Positions 9,301 through 16,840 of a stretch of DNA of 17,061 nucleotides are shown piece by piece (the first letter of the stretch is position 1; the number at the start of each line of letters is the position of its first letter). This DNA comes from Oligoflexales bacterium. GTDB lineage: Bacteria; Bdellovibrionota_B; Oligoflexia; Oligoflexales; Bog-1112. The DNA lies in contig JBGCDR010000194.1 of NCBI GenBank assembly GCA_045105515.1, positions 1 to 17,061 of the forward strand, in the 5' to 3' direction. The notes below the pieces were generated by a model, which ran no database searches, was not told where the DNA came from, and was given only the letters and a program-made list of their open reading frames with translations. A program made the translations under genes and the position numbers.

Positions 9301-9928
9301 CAGTTACTGCAATATTAAGTTTTACAGCCTGGAATGAACCGAAGTATTTTGTTTCAAAAGAGGCAGTTCCCGAATTTTGATCTATGGTAAAATCGGACCT
9401 AGGTAGATAGCCTACTAAAAATTCGTCCGATGCTGCAACTTTGACCTTATAAAGAATTGCCCATAGTAAAAAATCATCTGCGCTTAGTTGAGTTTGCGTT
9501 ATAATCGGCACGGATATTTGTAAGGTCCCTGCTGGGTCCACTAGTTCTGAAGAACTAACCACTACGGCAGGTGCTGAGTCTACGATGGCCACACCATCAT
9601 CTACTGCAAGCTCTGTGAAAAAAGTTTCAGTGCCAATGGGTGCACCTTCTTCCATAGTAACAACTGTCTCTACGCTCAGGGATCCAGGAGGGATTACTAC
9701 TGAGGCCTCTTTGATACTGCTTTGAGTTGAGCCCTTAATAGACTGAGTTTCCTTTTGGCTCGGATCAAAACGAAGCTGAGTTTTTTCTCCATCTTCTTCA
9801 ATTATAGAATTGTTTGACTTTACTAGATTTAGTTCGTCAGTTTGCAGCAGTTCATCTTCACAAGAAATAAGGCTAAGTGCTAAGAAATATATTAGTAAGA
9901 TTCTGAAAGAGTCTCCATTAAAAGCCAT
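6346..9928 (-). CDS. Large surface lipoprotein/adhesin (FN3-like Cys repeats, Ig-like domain, Gly-rich C-terminal domain) with a frameshift near the 3' end
   Basis: ATG 9928 with AGGAG RBS and lipobox LISC. Four ~100-aa repeats and a VTFTEAVTVGGTPRLLLETG Ig-like module. ORFs 6473..9952 and 6346..6552 join if one C is removed from 6497-6502, giving 1193 aa. Confidence 0.8.
6487..6511. repeat. (GGTGGG)n Gly-codon microsatellite with one extra G
   Basis: Plus strand reads CCC A CCCCC A CCCCCC A CCCCC A CC, with C6 at 6497-6502 between two C5 runs. Confidence 0.9.
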
Positions 9929-9957
9929 TTTCTTACTCCTTGTATCCACCAAGAACT

Positions 9958-9984
9958 GATTCGGAATGGTTTGGAAAAACTCCA
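9958..9984 (-). promoter_or_regulatory. Weaker sigma28-like promoter
   Basis: Minus strand reads TGGAGTTT-N11-TCCGAATC upstream of ATG 9928. Same spacing as the other three sites but with a degenerate -35. Confidence 0.45.
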
Positions 9985-10250
9985 GAAAAATAATATTTTA
10001 ATCATGTTTTTAGAGTATTATATTTGGATAAATTATATCTAGAAAAGCTCAACTCTGATGGGGCTGGTGAATTATCAGATCTTAAAAGTGCGAGGATTTA
10101 AGGAAAATGTCAACAATCACAGACCTGTGTGTCAAATGCACACGAAAATTTGAAATATTTTCGCCATGTAGTAATTAAACTAGTCTTGAGCATTTAGGGT
10201 CAATTATACCTGAAAGTGCTCTGGTTCTTAATTTAATAGGAGAACTATTG

Positions 10251-11276
10251 ATGATTAGCTTAGCAAAATGCATTTTAATTCTTAGCGCTGTTAATGCTCA
10301 AAGCTTTACTGCACCGAATCCTCAAACCAATATACAAAGTGATGGGCTTTTTACAGAGGTAGGGAGAGCTAGAACAGTTATAAAACCTTTACTTGCAGAA
10401 AGTTCCCAAATTTCACCTGAGGCAGATGATGAAGATGCGAAGCTCGTTCAAGATAAAGCATTGCTTATATGTGGTGGAGAAGTACCACAAAATGTGTATG
10501 AAGGTACTCAAGCAAGTGAGGTGAAGGATCGCAAGCGTATTAAGGTTATGAGCTTATTGCTTGGAATTAATATTGCAAAATCTTTGGCCCTTTATCCACT
10601 CGATACTCTTAGGTTACAGGCGATGAATCATATCCCGAGAGGATCTGGAAATCTTTTTGGCGGAGCAGGGATGTTGATACCTGTAATCATAGCTTATGAT
10701 GTGCTGGTGAATCGTCTTTATGTACAAATTCGAAACCAATTGCAAGCAAGCTCGATTAAGGGTGCTGGACTCCTCACAAGTGTTGCATCAACATGCATTT
10801 CTCGGGTCATTTCTACGCCTTTTGCCAATATAAAAAGAATTATTGCAGTCAAAAATCTTAGCTTGCTGGCTGCAAGCCAATATACTCTGACAAATAATGC
10901 TTATGTGGGATTTATTCCAGCTTTATCAGCATCCCTTTTGGGGATGTCAGTTTACGATAGCTTATATGAAATCAGCAAAGATAAATTGGAGATTAAACCG
11001 GAAGAAACAATAAAGAATGGTCTTCTCGGCCTTGGAACAGCTGTAATCGCTTTGGCTGGTTCTTATCCTCTTGTTTGGTTACAAAATGAGGTAGCTGCAG
11101 GAAACTCAGCAAATTTTATTGAGATATTTAAAAATTTGGCAAAAAAAGATCCGTTTATTCTTCCAACCCTTTTTCGCGGTTTTGGGAAGACAGCCTTATT
11201 GATTGCTGTAGAGGGAGTTGTTGTGTCCATAAATCGTAGTATTTTTGATGATAAGGATGATAGACCGAAAAATTGA
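10251..11276 (+). CDS. Mitochondrial carrier family (SLC25/Mito_carr)-like protein with N-terminal signal-like extension
   Basis: Three repeats with odd-helix motifs YPLDTLR, TPFANIK and YPLVWLQ and even-helix entries LFGG, AYVGFIP and LFRGFG. Six hydrophobic helices. AGGAG RBS 8 nt before ATG 10251. Confidence 0.75.
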   Translation: MISLAKCILILSAVNAQSFTAPNPQTNIQSDGLFTEVGRARTVIKPLLAESSQISPEADDEDAKLVQDKALLICGGEVPQNVYEGTQASEVKDRKRIKVMSLLLGINIAKSLALYPLDTLRLQAMNHIPRGSGNLFGGAGMLIPVIIAYDVLVNRLYVQIRNQLQASSIKGAGLLTSVASTCISRVISTPFANIKRIIAVKNLSLLAASQYTLTNNAYVGFIPALSASLLGMSVYDSLYEISKDKLEIKPEETIKNGLLGLGTAVIALAGSYPLVWLQNEVAAGNSANFIEIFKNLAKKDPFILPTLFRGFGKTALLIAVEGVVVSINRSIFDDKDDRPKN

Positions 11277-11547
11277 AATTTTACTCGACAGCCTTGGTTT
11301 GTGCTTTTAGGTAGGGGTTTTAACTTTTTGTGTCATTAGAAGAAAGTGCTAACAAGCATTTGATTTTATCTAAATAATAAGGCACTTGAATCCTTCGTTA
11401 TCATTTTTACTCTCAAATTTTCCCTCAAAATTATTGAATCAAACTGATCTAAGAGCAATGATTACTTAATTGTAGTCATTTTTACAGGAAAAAAGTAGAA
11501 AAATATGGACAATTACCCATATTTTTTTATAAAACAGCGATACAACT

Positions 11548-11576
11548 TTGAGATAAGTAAGATTTGATAGTAAGGT
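11548..11576 (+). promoter_or_regulatory. Possible sigma70-type promoter
   Basis: TTGAGA-N17-TAAGGT about 50 nt upstream of ATG 11629. The AT-rich context limits specificity. Confidence 0.3.
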
Positions 11577-11628
11577 CTACCACCTATAACAAAACCAGAT
11601 TTTCGAAAGCGCAAAAGGACTTTTACTC

Positions 11629-13686
11629 ATGTTACCGAAGAAACCTTTAAAAAATACCATAGCTTGTATTGCTGCCTGTTTGGTTTTTTCAGCAAATTCT
11701 AAAGCTGACCACAATCGGTCTTTGACAGTTCTCGGGATAGGACTGATGGCGACTGGGAGTCCTGCTATGATTACCGGGTTTGGTGGGTATAAATTAATTG
11801 ATTTATTCAACAAATCCCTTGTTCCTGAGTTAGAGCAGCTAAAACTAGAAAAATTTGAAGAATTAGAAGCAATGAGTAGGGAGGCTTTCGAGCAATTTAA
11901 GTCATTGAAAGAAGATGCATTTGGCCCGGCTTCAATTTCTCTTAAGCATATCTCTCTGGAGGAATGGGTTGCTAGGTCGGGTAAAAAGATTGTTGAAATA
12001 ATTTCGGATAGTACCAACGACCAAACTTACAAGCTTGATCGAGAATTTGCTCAGAATTTCTTCAATACAGCTGCCGTAAAGCGCATTTCTGCAGACAAAG
12101 ATATTTATGCTATAGCAGGGATGTCCGAGACCGAATATCTAGATTTTTTCAATGATCTTTTGGGTGTCAATGGTGAATTTGATTTTAAAAGCATGCACGA
12201 GTTCGATCGCATGCTCATTCATTACAATGAGCAACTTATGGCTGAGACTGACGAGAAGCTCAAGCTGGTTGATGAATTTGCTGTATTAGAGCAAGAGGAA
12301 AGTTACGTTTATACTCAAGTTGAAATCAATCAAAAGAAAAAAAATCAACTAGAAAAGCAGATTGGTTGCGTCGAGAGCGATATTCAGGACTCTAGTGAGG
12401 AAGCTTTCGAAGAGATGAAAAATAATGGTGTTCTTAGTCCCAATGATGACATGATTTTAAAAAAAGCAGTAAGTTTTTATCTGCATAAGTTAGAAGAAGA
12501 AAGAGATTTTTTATCGCTAAAGAGACAGAAATTTGAACTTCAAACGTGTTTAAATGGGGAAGCAATTAGGGAACTTGAAAATGAAAAATCTTTAAAAGTT
12601 AAAGATATAGAAAATCTTAGGGAGCTAGAAATAAATTGGGAAAACTTAAAATCATTTGAAAAAATTATAATCTCTTTTAATGTTTCTCTTAACCGAACTC
12701 TGGAGGGTCTTCGCAAAAAAAAGGATGAAATAGATAATTATCAACCTTTGGAAAATCTTAGGGAAATTAGATCTAATCGGGAGACAGCCTTAAAAAAATT
12801 AGAAGGTAGCCGTCGTTTTCAATCCCTGACTGAAAATATTATTTCTTTCTTGAAAAATCGAGAGGCTGATGAAAGTGGAGCATATGAATATGATCGTAAC
12901 CGTTACTTTGCTAATGCAAGAGTTAAGTTGCAAGAAGAGAAGAATCAACTGATTGCCTATAATGGTGAAATTAGAGCTCTTTATTATAATGCTTTGCTGG
13001 AGAGTTCCAATTTTGAGAGACAAAAATACCTTTTTAGTCTAATTGATAAGATTAGTGAGGTGGTAAAAAATACTATCATTTTAGAAACTACTCCAAAAGC
13101 CATAAATATTCTAAGAGACCAAACAGAAGATGTCTTTGGTGTTTTGGGTAAAACTATTGGCAGTGAAAAACTTGCTAGGGATATTGCAATCTCATTGGAA
13201 GCTTCGCTAAAAAAGTCCGTAAGAGAACTTTCCTTCAAGGAATATCGAGTGTTAGGATGGCTTCATAGCCCGACTATGACGATTGTAGATACCATCAGCA
13301 CCGAATCCTTGACTTCGATAATTTCATCGTCCCTTAAGTCTGCTGAATTGCAGATCAATGATGTTGAATTGATTGATGATTTGAAGGAGCGGATTTTGAT
13401 ACAACGGGTAAATTATGTTGTCGAAGAGCAGACGAAGCGGTTCGTCGATGAAGCAAAAAAATCCCTGGTTTTTGAGTCTCTTCATTTATCAATGTTTATT
13501 GAAAGGGGGACTGATAAGTTTGATGACTATTCTTCGAAAAAATTAAAGACTTTTAGAGAAGAAAAAATTCCTCATCTCGCATTTACGGATGAAGCGAAAA
13601 ACTATTCGCTTCTGGTGGGAGCAGTGGGAACTGCAATGGTAGTTTCAGGTGGGTCTCTAGTTTATTTTTCACTACCTTCAAAATAA
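11629..13686 (+). CDS. Hypothetical exported coiled-coil protein with terminal Gly-rich hydrophobic helices
   Basis: 685-aa ORF with AAGGA RBS and signal-like N-terminus ending SKA. E/K/L-rich helical body. Hydrophobic segments at about aa 31-55 and at the C-terminus. Confidence 0.8.
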   Translation: MLPKKPLKNTIACIAACLVFSANSKADHNRSLTVLGIGLMATGSPAMITGFGGYKLIDLFNKSLVPELEQLKLEKFEELEAMSREAFEQFKSLKEDAFGPASISLKHISLEEWVARSGKKIVEIISDSTNDQTYKLDREFAQNFFNTAAVKRISADKDIYAIAGMSETEYLDFFNDLLGVNGEFDFKSMHEFDRMLIHYNEQLMAETDEKLKLVDEFAVLEQEESYVYTQVEINQKKKNQLEKQIGCVESDIQDSSEEAFEEMKNNGVLSPNDDMILKKAVSFYLHKLEEERDFLSLKRQKFELQTCLNGEAIRELENEKSLKVKDIENLRELEINWENLKSFEKIIISFNVSLNRTLEGLRKKKDEIDNYQPLENLREIRSNRETALKKLEGSRRFQSLTENIISFLKNREADESGAYEYDRNRYFANARVKLQEEKNQLIAYNGEIRALYYNALLESSNFERQKYLFSLIDKISEVVKNTIILETTPKAINILRDQTEDVFGVLGKTIGSEKLARDIAISLEASLKKSVRELSFKEYRVLGWLHSPTMTIVDTISTESLTSIISSSLKSAELQINDVELIDDLKERILIQRVNYVVEEQTKRFVDEAKKSLVFESLHLSMFIERGTDKFDDYSSKKLKTFREEKIPHLAFTDEAKNYSLLVGAVGTAMVVSGGSLVYFSLPSK

Positions 13687-13807
13687 GCTCTCATTAGTCA
13701 ATATTCTCTTTACCTCGACTGATTAGCGCAGGTGGATACTCTGCTGGGGACGCCTCAGACTTATTGGGTAATGCCTAGAATTAATCTTGTTTTTCCCTAG
13801 CTTAGGA

Positions 13808-13833
13808 ACACCTAGGTTTTGGGTTTTAGGTGT
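13808..13833. promoter_or_regulatory. Intergenic inverted repeat (hairpin or operator)
   Basis: ACACCTA-N12-TAGGTGT. Confidence 0.3.
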
Positions 13834-13952
13834 ATTCAATTTGCTGTATAAAAATATAACAATTGTCTTTAAATTATCTGTTTGCTGTGTCAGAAGCATA
13901 GTCCTTAAAAAAAGAAATTAATTTAAACAGAGCATAATAGGAAAAAGGAACC

Positions 13953-14663
13953 ATGACAATCAAAGATTTGAGAGTAGTTTTAGTATTATTTTTTGGACTT
14001 ATAGTAAGCATCAGTACTTTTGCAAGTGTATCGAATGCATCAACTTCTTTGGATGAAACTATTGAATTAGATACTGAAAATCAAGATTCCTCTCCTGAAG
14101 AAGAGGAATTTCTAGCAAGAAGCGACAATGAAGAAGAAAGCCAAGCAAAAGGTAATCTATTTACTTATTGTTATAAGAATCCAGGCTACTGCACTGCGGT
14201 CGCAGTTGGTGCTATTGCTATAGTTGGGGTTGGTATTGCAGGTTGTAAGCATTTGATTGGGTACAGTTCTGATACCACTGGAATGGATTCTAAAAAAGCT
14301 CAGATTCAGAAAAATGACAATGATACTATTGTTTCTATAGTAGAATCTGACGATATTTCAGTTGATACTTCTGAAAGTGAATCTAGGAAAAGTATAAACG
14401 AAATTGACGATAATTCAATTTCTCCTGTAGCAGAATCTGAGTTTATTTCTATTGAGGAAATTGACGATGATTCAATTTTTTCCGTAGCAGAATCCGAGCA
14501 AAATCCTTCAGCTACTAATCCTAGCAAAAGTCCAATAGTTCCTTTTTCCTTTATTTCTTTTCCATCTGGGATTTCTTCTAATATTCGATTAGGTAATCCT
14601 TATTCCCTGACTCTCTACCAGATGCCACTGTCAAAAAATAATGATTCTGAAAATCACGAATAG
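13953..14663 (+). CDS. Hypothetical acidic low-complexity protein with signal peptide and one TM helix
   Basis: AAGGA RBS and signal-like N-terminus ending TFA. TM segment TAVAVGAIAIVGVGIAG. S/E/D-rich flanks. Confidence 0.75.
   Translation: MTIKDLRVVLVLFFGLIVSISTFASVSNASTSLDETIELDTENQDSSPEEEEFLARSDNEEESQAKGNLFTYCYKNPGYCTAVAVGAIAIVGVGIAGCKHLIGYSSDTTGMDSKKAQIQKNDNDTIVSIVESDDISVDTSESESRKSINEIDDNSISPVAESEFISIEEIDDDSIFSVAESEQNPSATNPSKSPIVPFSFISFPSGISSNIRLGNPYSLTLYQMPLSKNNDSENHE
14400..14498 (+). repeat. In-frame 42-bp direct repeat, 57-bp period
   Basis: 14400-14441 versus 14457-14498, 37/42 identical, encoding EIDDNSISPVAESE and EIDDDSIFSVAESE. Confidence 0.9.
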
Positions 14664-14744
14664 TTGGTGGTAGTATCAGGGTAAGACGATTTATGATTGG
14701 GAGATCTTCTTTTTTAAGGTTCCGAATTCTGCCAATTGATAGGT

Positions 14745-14780
14745 TCATCTGCGAAAAGACATAGTGAATTTCTCAGATGA
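14745..14780. terminator. Stem-loop between convergent genes, possible terminator
   Basis: TCATCTGCGAAA-N12-TTTCTCAGATGA, 11/12 paired. No clear U-tract. Confidence 0.4.
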
Positions 14781-14798
14781 GATTAAGTAGGGAGCCTT

Positions 14799-15404
14799 TC
14801 AAATACTCTTGCCTCCCCAAATTTCCTTCAAGCGTGCATCTCTTCCACAGCCATAGCGATAGTATGAATAACGAACAGGGTTCTTTTTGTAGTAGTCCTG
14901 GTGGTATTCTTCAGCCTTGTAAAAGGTGGTGGCTTTTACTATTTCAGTATGTATAGGCTTAATTCCAGTCTTCTCAACATCTTTGAGACTTGTCATGGCA
15001 GCTGTTTTTTGGGCATCGTTAAGGTAATAGATACCTGATCGATACTGGCTTCCTTTGTCACAGAATTGCTGGTCTTTGACTGTTGGGTCGATGTTTTTCC
15101 AGAAGATTTTTAGCAGCTCTTTGTAGGAAATTTTTTTTGGATCGTATTTGATTTCTACTCCCTCAGTATGCCCGGTTGTTCCTGCTGAGACCTGTTTATA
15201 GGTTGGGTCTTTTACGTGACCTGATATGTATCCAGAGACTGCAGAATGCACTCCGTCCTTCTTTTCAAAAGGAGGCTCCATACACCAAAAGCAGCCGCCT
15301 GCAAAAATAGCAGTTTCAAGCTTAGGTCCTTGTTTTTGTGCAAGGGACAGGGAACTTGTAAGCGCAAGAGTTACTGATGCTAAAAGTAAGATAAGAAAGC
15401 GCAT
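14799..15404 (-). CDS. msrA: Peptide-methionine (S)-S-oxide reductase MsrA, exported
   Basis: FAGGCFWC, SGYISG, PTYKQV, TGHTE, GSQYRSGIY and AEEYHQDY motifs. Sec-type signal ending SLA. Confidence 0.96.
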   Translation of the reverse strand: MRFLILLLASVTLALTSSLSLAQKQGPKLETAIFAGGCFWCMEPPFEKKDGVHSAVSGYISGHVKDPTYKQVSAGTTGHTEGVEIKYDPKKISYKELLKIFWKNIDPTVKDQQFCDKGSQYRSGIYYLNDAQKTAAMTSLKDVEKTGIKPIHTEIVKATTFYKAEEYHQDYYKKNPVRYSYYRYGCGRDARLKEIWGGKSI

Positions 15405-15443
15405 TGCTGGGTCCTTTGTTTAAAAATATTTTACAGTTTTTTG

Positions 15444-15977
15444 TTATTTCTTGGAAAATAGTTTTTTGAATTCAGAATATCCTTGTGATTCTAAGTCACT
15501 GACAGGAATAAACTTCAGTGCGGCTGAATTGATACAGTAACGCAGCCCAGTTGGTTGCGGTCCATCGTCAAAAACATGGCCTAAATGAGAGTCTGCGTAT
15601 TTTGATCGTACCTCAGTCCGTACCATAAAAAAACTACGGTCTTTGTGGGTGACAATATGATCTTTTACGAGCGGTGTGGTGAAAGATGGCCAGCCTGTTC
15701 CTGAGTCAAACTTATCTAATGAGCTAAATAATGGCTCGCCAGAGACTATGTCTACATAGATTCCGGCTTCTTTATTGGCGTGATATCCATCTTGTAAGAA
15801 AGATTTTTCTGTGCCATCCTTTTGGGTTACCTTAAACTGTAGCGGTGTTAAGGTCTTTTTTAACTGTTCTTTCGTGGGCTTAACAAATTTGCTTTTATCC
15901 CAGGCAAAGGCTTCCATGTTGACTCCCCATGAAAAAAGTAAAGTAATTAAAAGGAGTTGGTATCTTCGTGAACCCAT
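15444..15977 (-). CDS. msrB: Peptide-methionine (R)-S-oxide reductase MsrB, exported
   Basis: [34 protein letters not shown] and RYCINS motifs. Signal peptide and AGGAGG RBS. Confidence 0.96.
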   Translation of the reverse strand: MGSRRYQLLLITLLFSWGVNMEAFAWDKSKFVKPTKEQLKKTLTPLQFKVTQKDGTEKSFLQDGYHANKEAGIYVDIVSGEPLFSSLDKFDSGTGWPSFTTPLVKDHIVTHKDRSFFMVRTEVRSKYADSHLGHVFDDGPQPTGLRYCINSAALKFIPVSDLESQGYSEFKKLFSKK

Positions 15978-16023
15978 AATAATTTTCCTCCTATGGCCGT
16001 CAGGTTAACACTCTATCTATGAT

Positions 16024-16050
16024 TACGTTGGGAAGCAAAAAAAGGTGACA
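16024..16050 (-). promoter_or_regulatory. Putative ECF sigma promoter for msrBA
   Basis: Minus strand reads TGTCACC-N16-CGTA, 47 nt upstream of the msrB start. Confidence 0.5.
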
Positions 16051-16088
16051 AAAATTTTTCTTTATTGTTCTTTACTAACCTTTAGACC

Positions 16089-16110
16089 GAGCATAATTTG
16101 AGCATAATTT
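16089..16110. repeat. Perfect 11-bp tandem duplication
   Basis: GAGCATAATTT twice, immediately after the cheB stop codon. Confidence 0.85.
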
Positions 16111-16111
16111 C

Positions 16112-16840
16112 TCAGATCATCCCCAGTAGTTTGCTTCTAATCTGGTCCAAATCTCCAATGTAGTCATAAGCACCTAATTGTTTTGCAATTTTTGGCATGC
16201 CGTACACGACAGAGGACTGCTGGTCTTGAACCATGCAGTAGGAGTCAGTATTGTGAATTTTTTTCATGCCAATGGCTCCATCGCTACCCATCCCTGTTAG
16301 CAGAATGGCAGCCTTTGGAATCGAGAGATAACTAATGCTTTCAAAGGTATAATCTATCAATGGCCAATGATCAGCTATCTGGTTCTTATTGCGGTTGATA
16401 ACAATCTTTCCATCCCGCTCTTCTAAGCTAATATTGTAATTGCCTGTGGGTGAATATATGTGACCCGGATGCACGACTTCATTTTGTTGGCAGCTACTTA
16501 CTTTTAGATTTGCTAGGTTGGCAATTCTTGTTACAAAGGGTTTGGAAAAGTATAGGTTTATATGTTGCAATACCACAATCGGAGGGCAATTTGGCCCTAT
16601 ACCAGTGAGAACATGGACTAAGGCATCAACTCCACCTGTGGAAGCTCCTAGTACAATAAGTTTTGGCTTAAATCTCTTTGGTCGATGGCTTTGCTTTTTC
16701 TCTGTTGTTTTGTTCTCGCTGCTATAAAACACCAAGGAATTTTTTGATACAAATGCTTTATTTAAGAATCCAGCTAAATTAAGTTTGTATTTAAAAGCCT
16801 TTGATATATGATTTTCGAGACTCTCTGTGTTATATACCAA
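16112..16840 (-). CDS. cheB: CheB methylesterase domain (no receiver domain), probably the C-terminal part of a longer frameshifted gene
   Basis: LGASTGG, VLQHI, LLTGMGSDGA and QDQQSSVVYGMP motifs with Ser-His-Asp intact. TTG start lacks an RBS and the frame is open only to about 16863. Confidence 0.85.
   Translation of the reverse strand: MVYNTESLENHISKAFKYKLNLAGFLNKAFVSKNSLVFYSSENKTTEKKQSHRPKRFKPKLIVLGASTGGVDALVHVLTGIGPNCPPIVVLQHINLYFSKPFVTRIANLANLKVSSCQQNEVVHPGHIYSPTGNYNISLEERDGKIVINRNKNQIADHWPLIDYTFESISYLSIPKAAILLTGMGSDGAIGMKKIHNTDSYCMVQDQQSSVVYGMPKIAKQLGAYDYIGDLDQIRSKLLGMI

Noticed and set aside
1949..9380. Short ORFs at 1949, 3316, 3988, 4674, 5333, 6676, 7329, 7677, 8215, 9080 and 9177
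   Set aside because: They lie antisense to or out of frame within well-supported genes and are shadow ORFs.
13715..13790. Structured ncRNA in a locally GC-richer spacer
   Set aside because: Only short stems and no recognisable family.
14400..14498. CRISPR-like repeat
   Set aside because: Only two imperfect copies, in frame within a CDS, with a 15-bp spacer and no cas genes.
11577..16727. Short ORFs at 11577, 12799, 12984, 14306, 15226, 15811 and 16518
   Set aside because: Antisense shadows of longer supported CDSs with no motifs.
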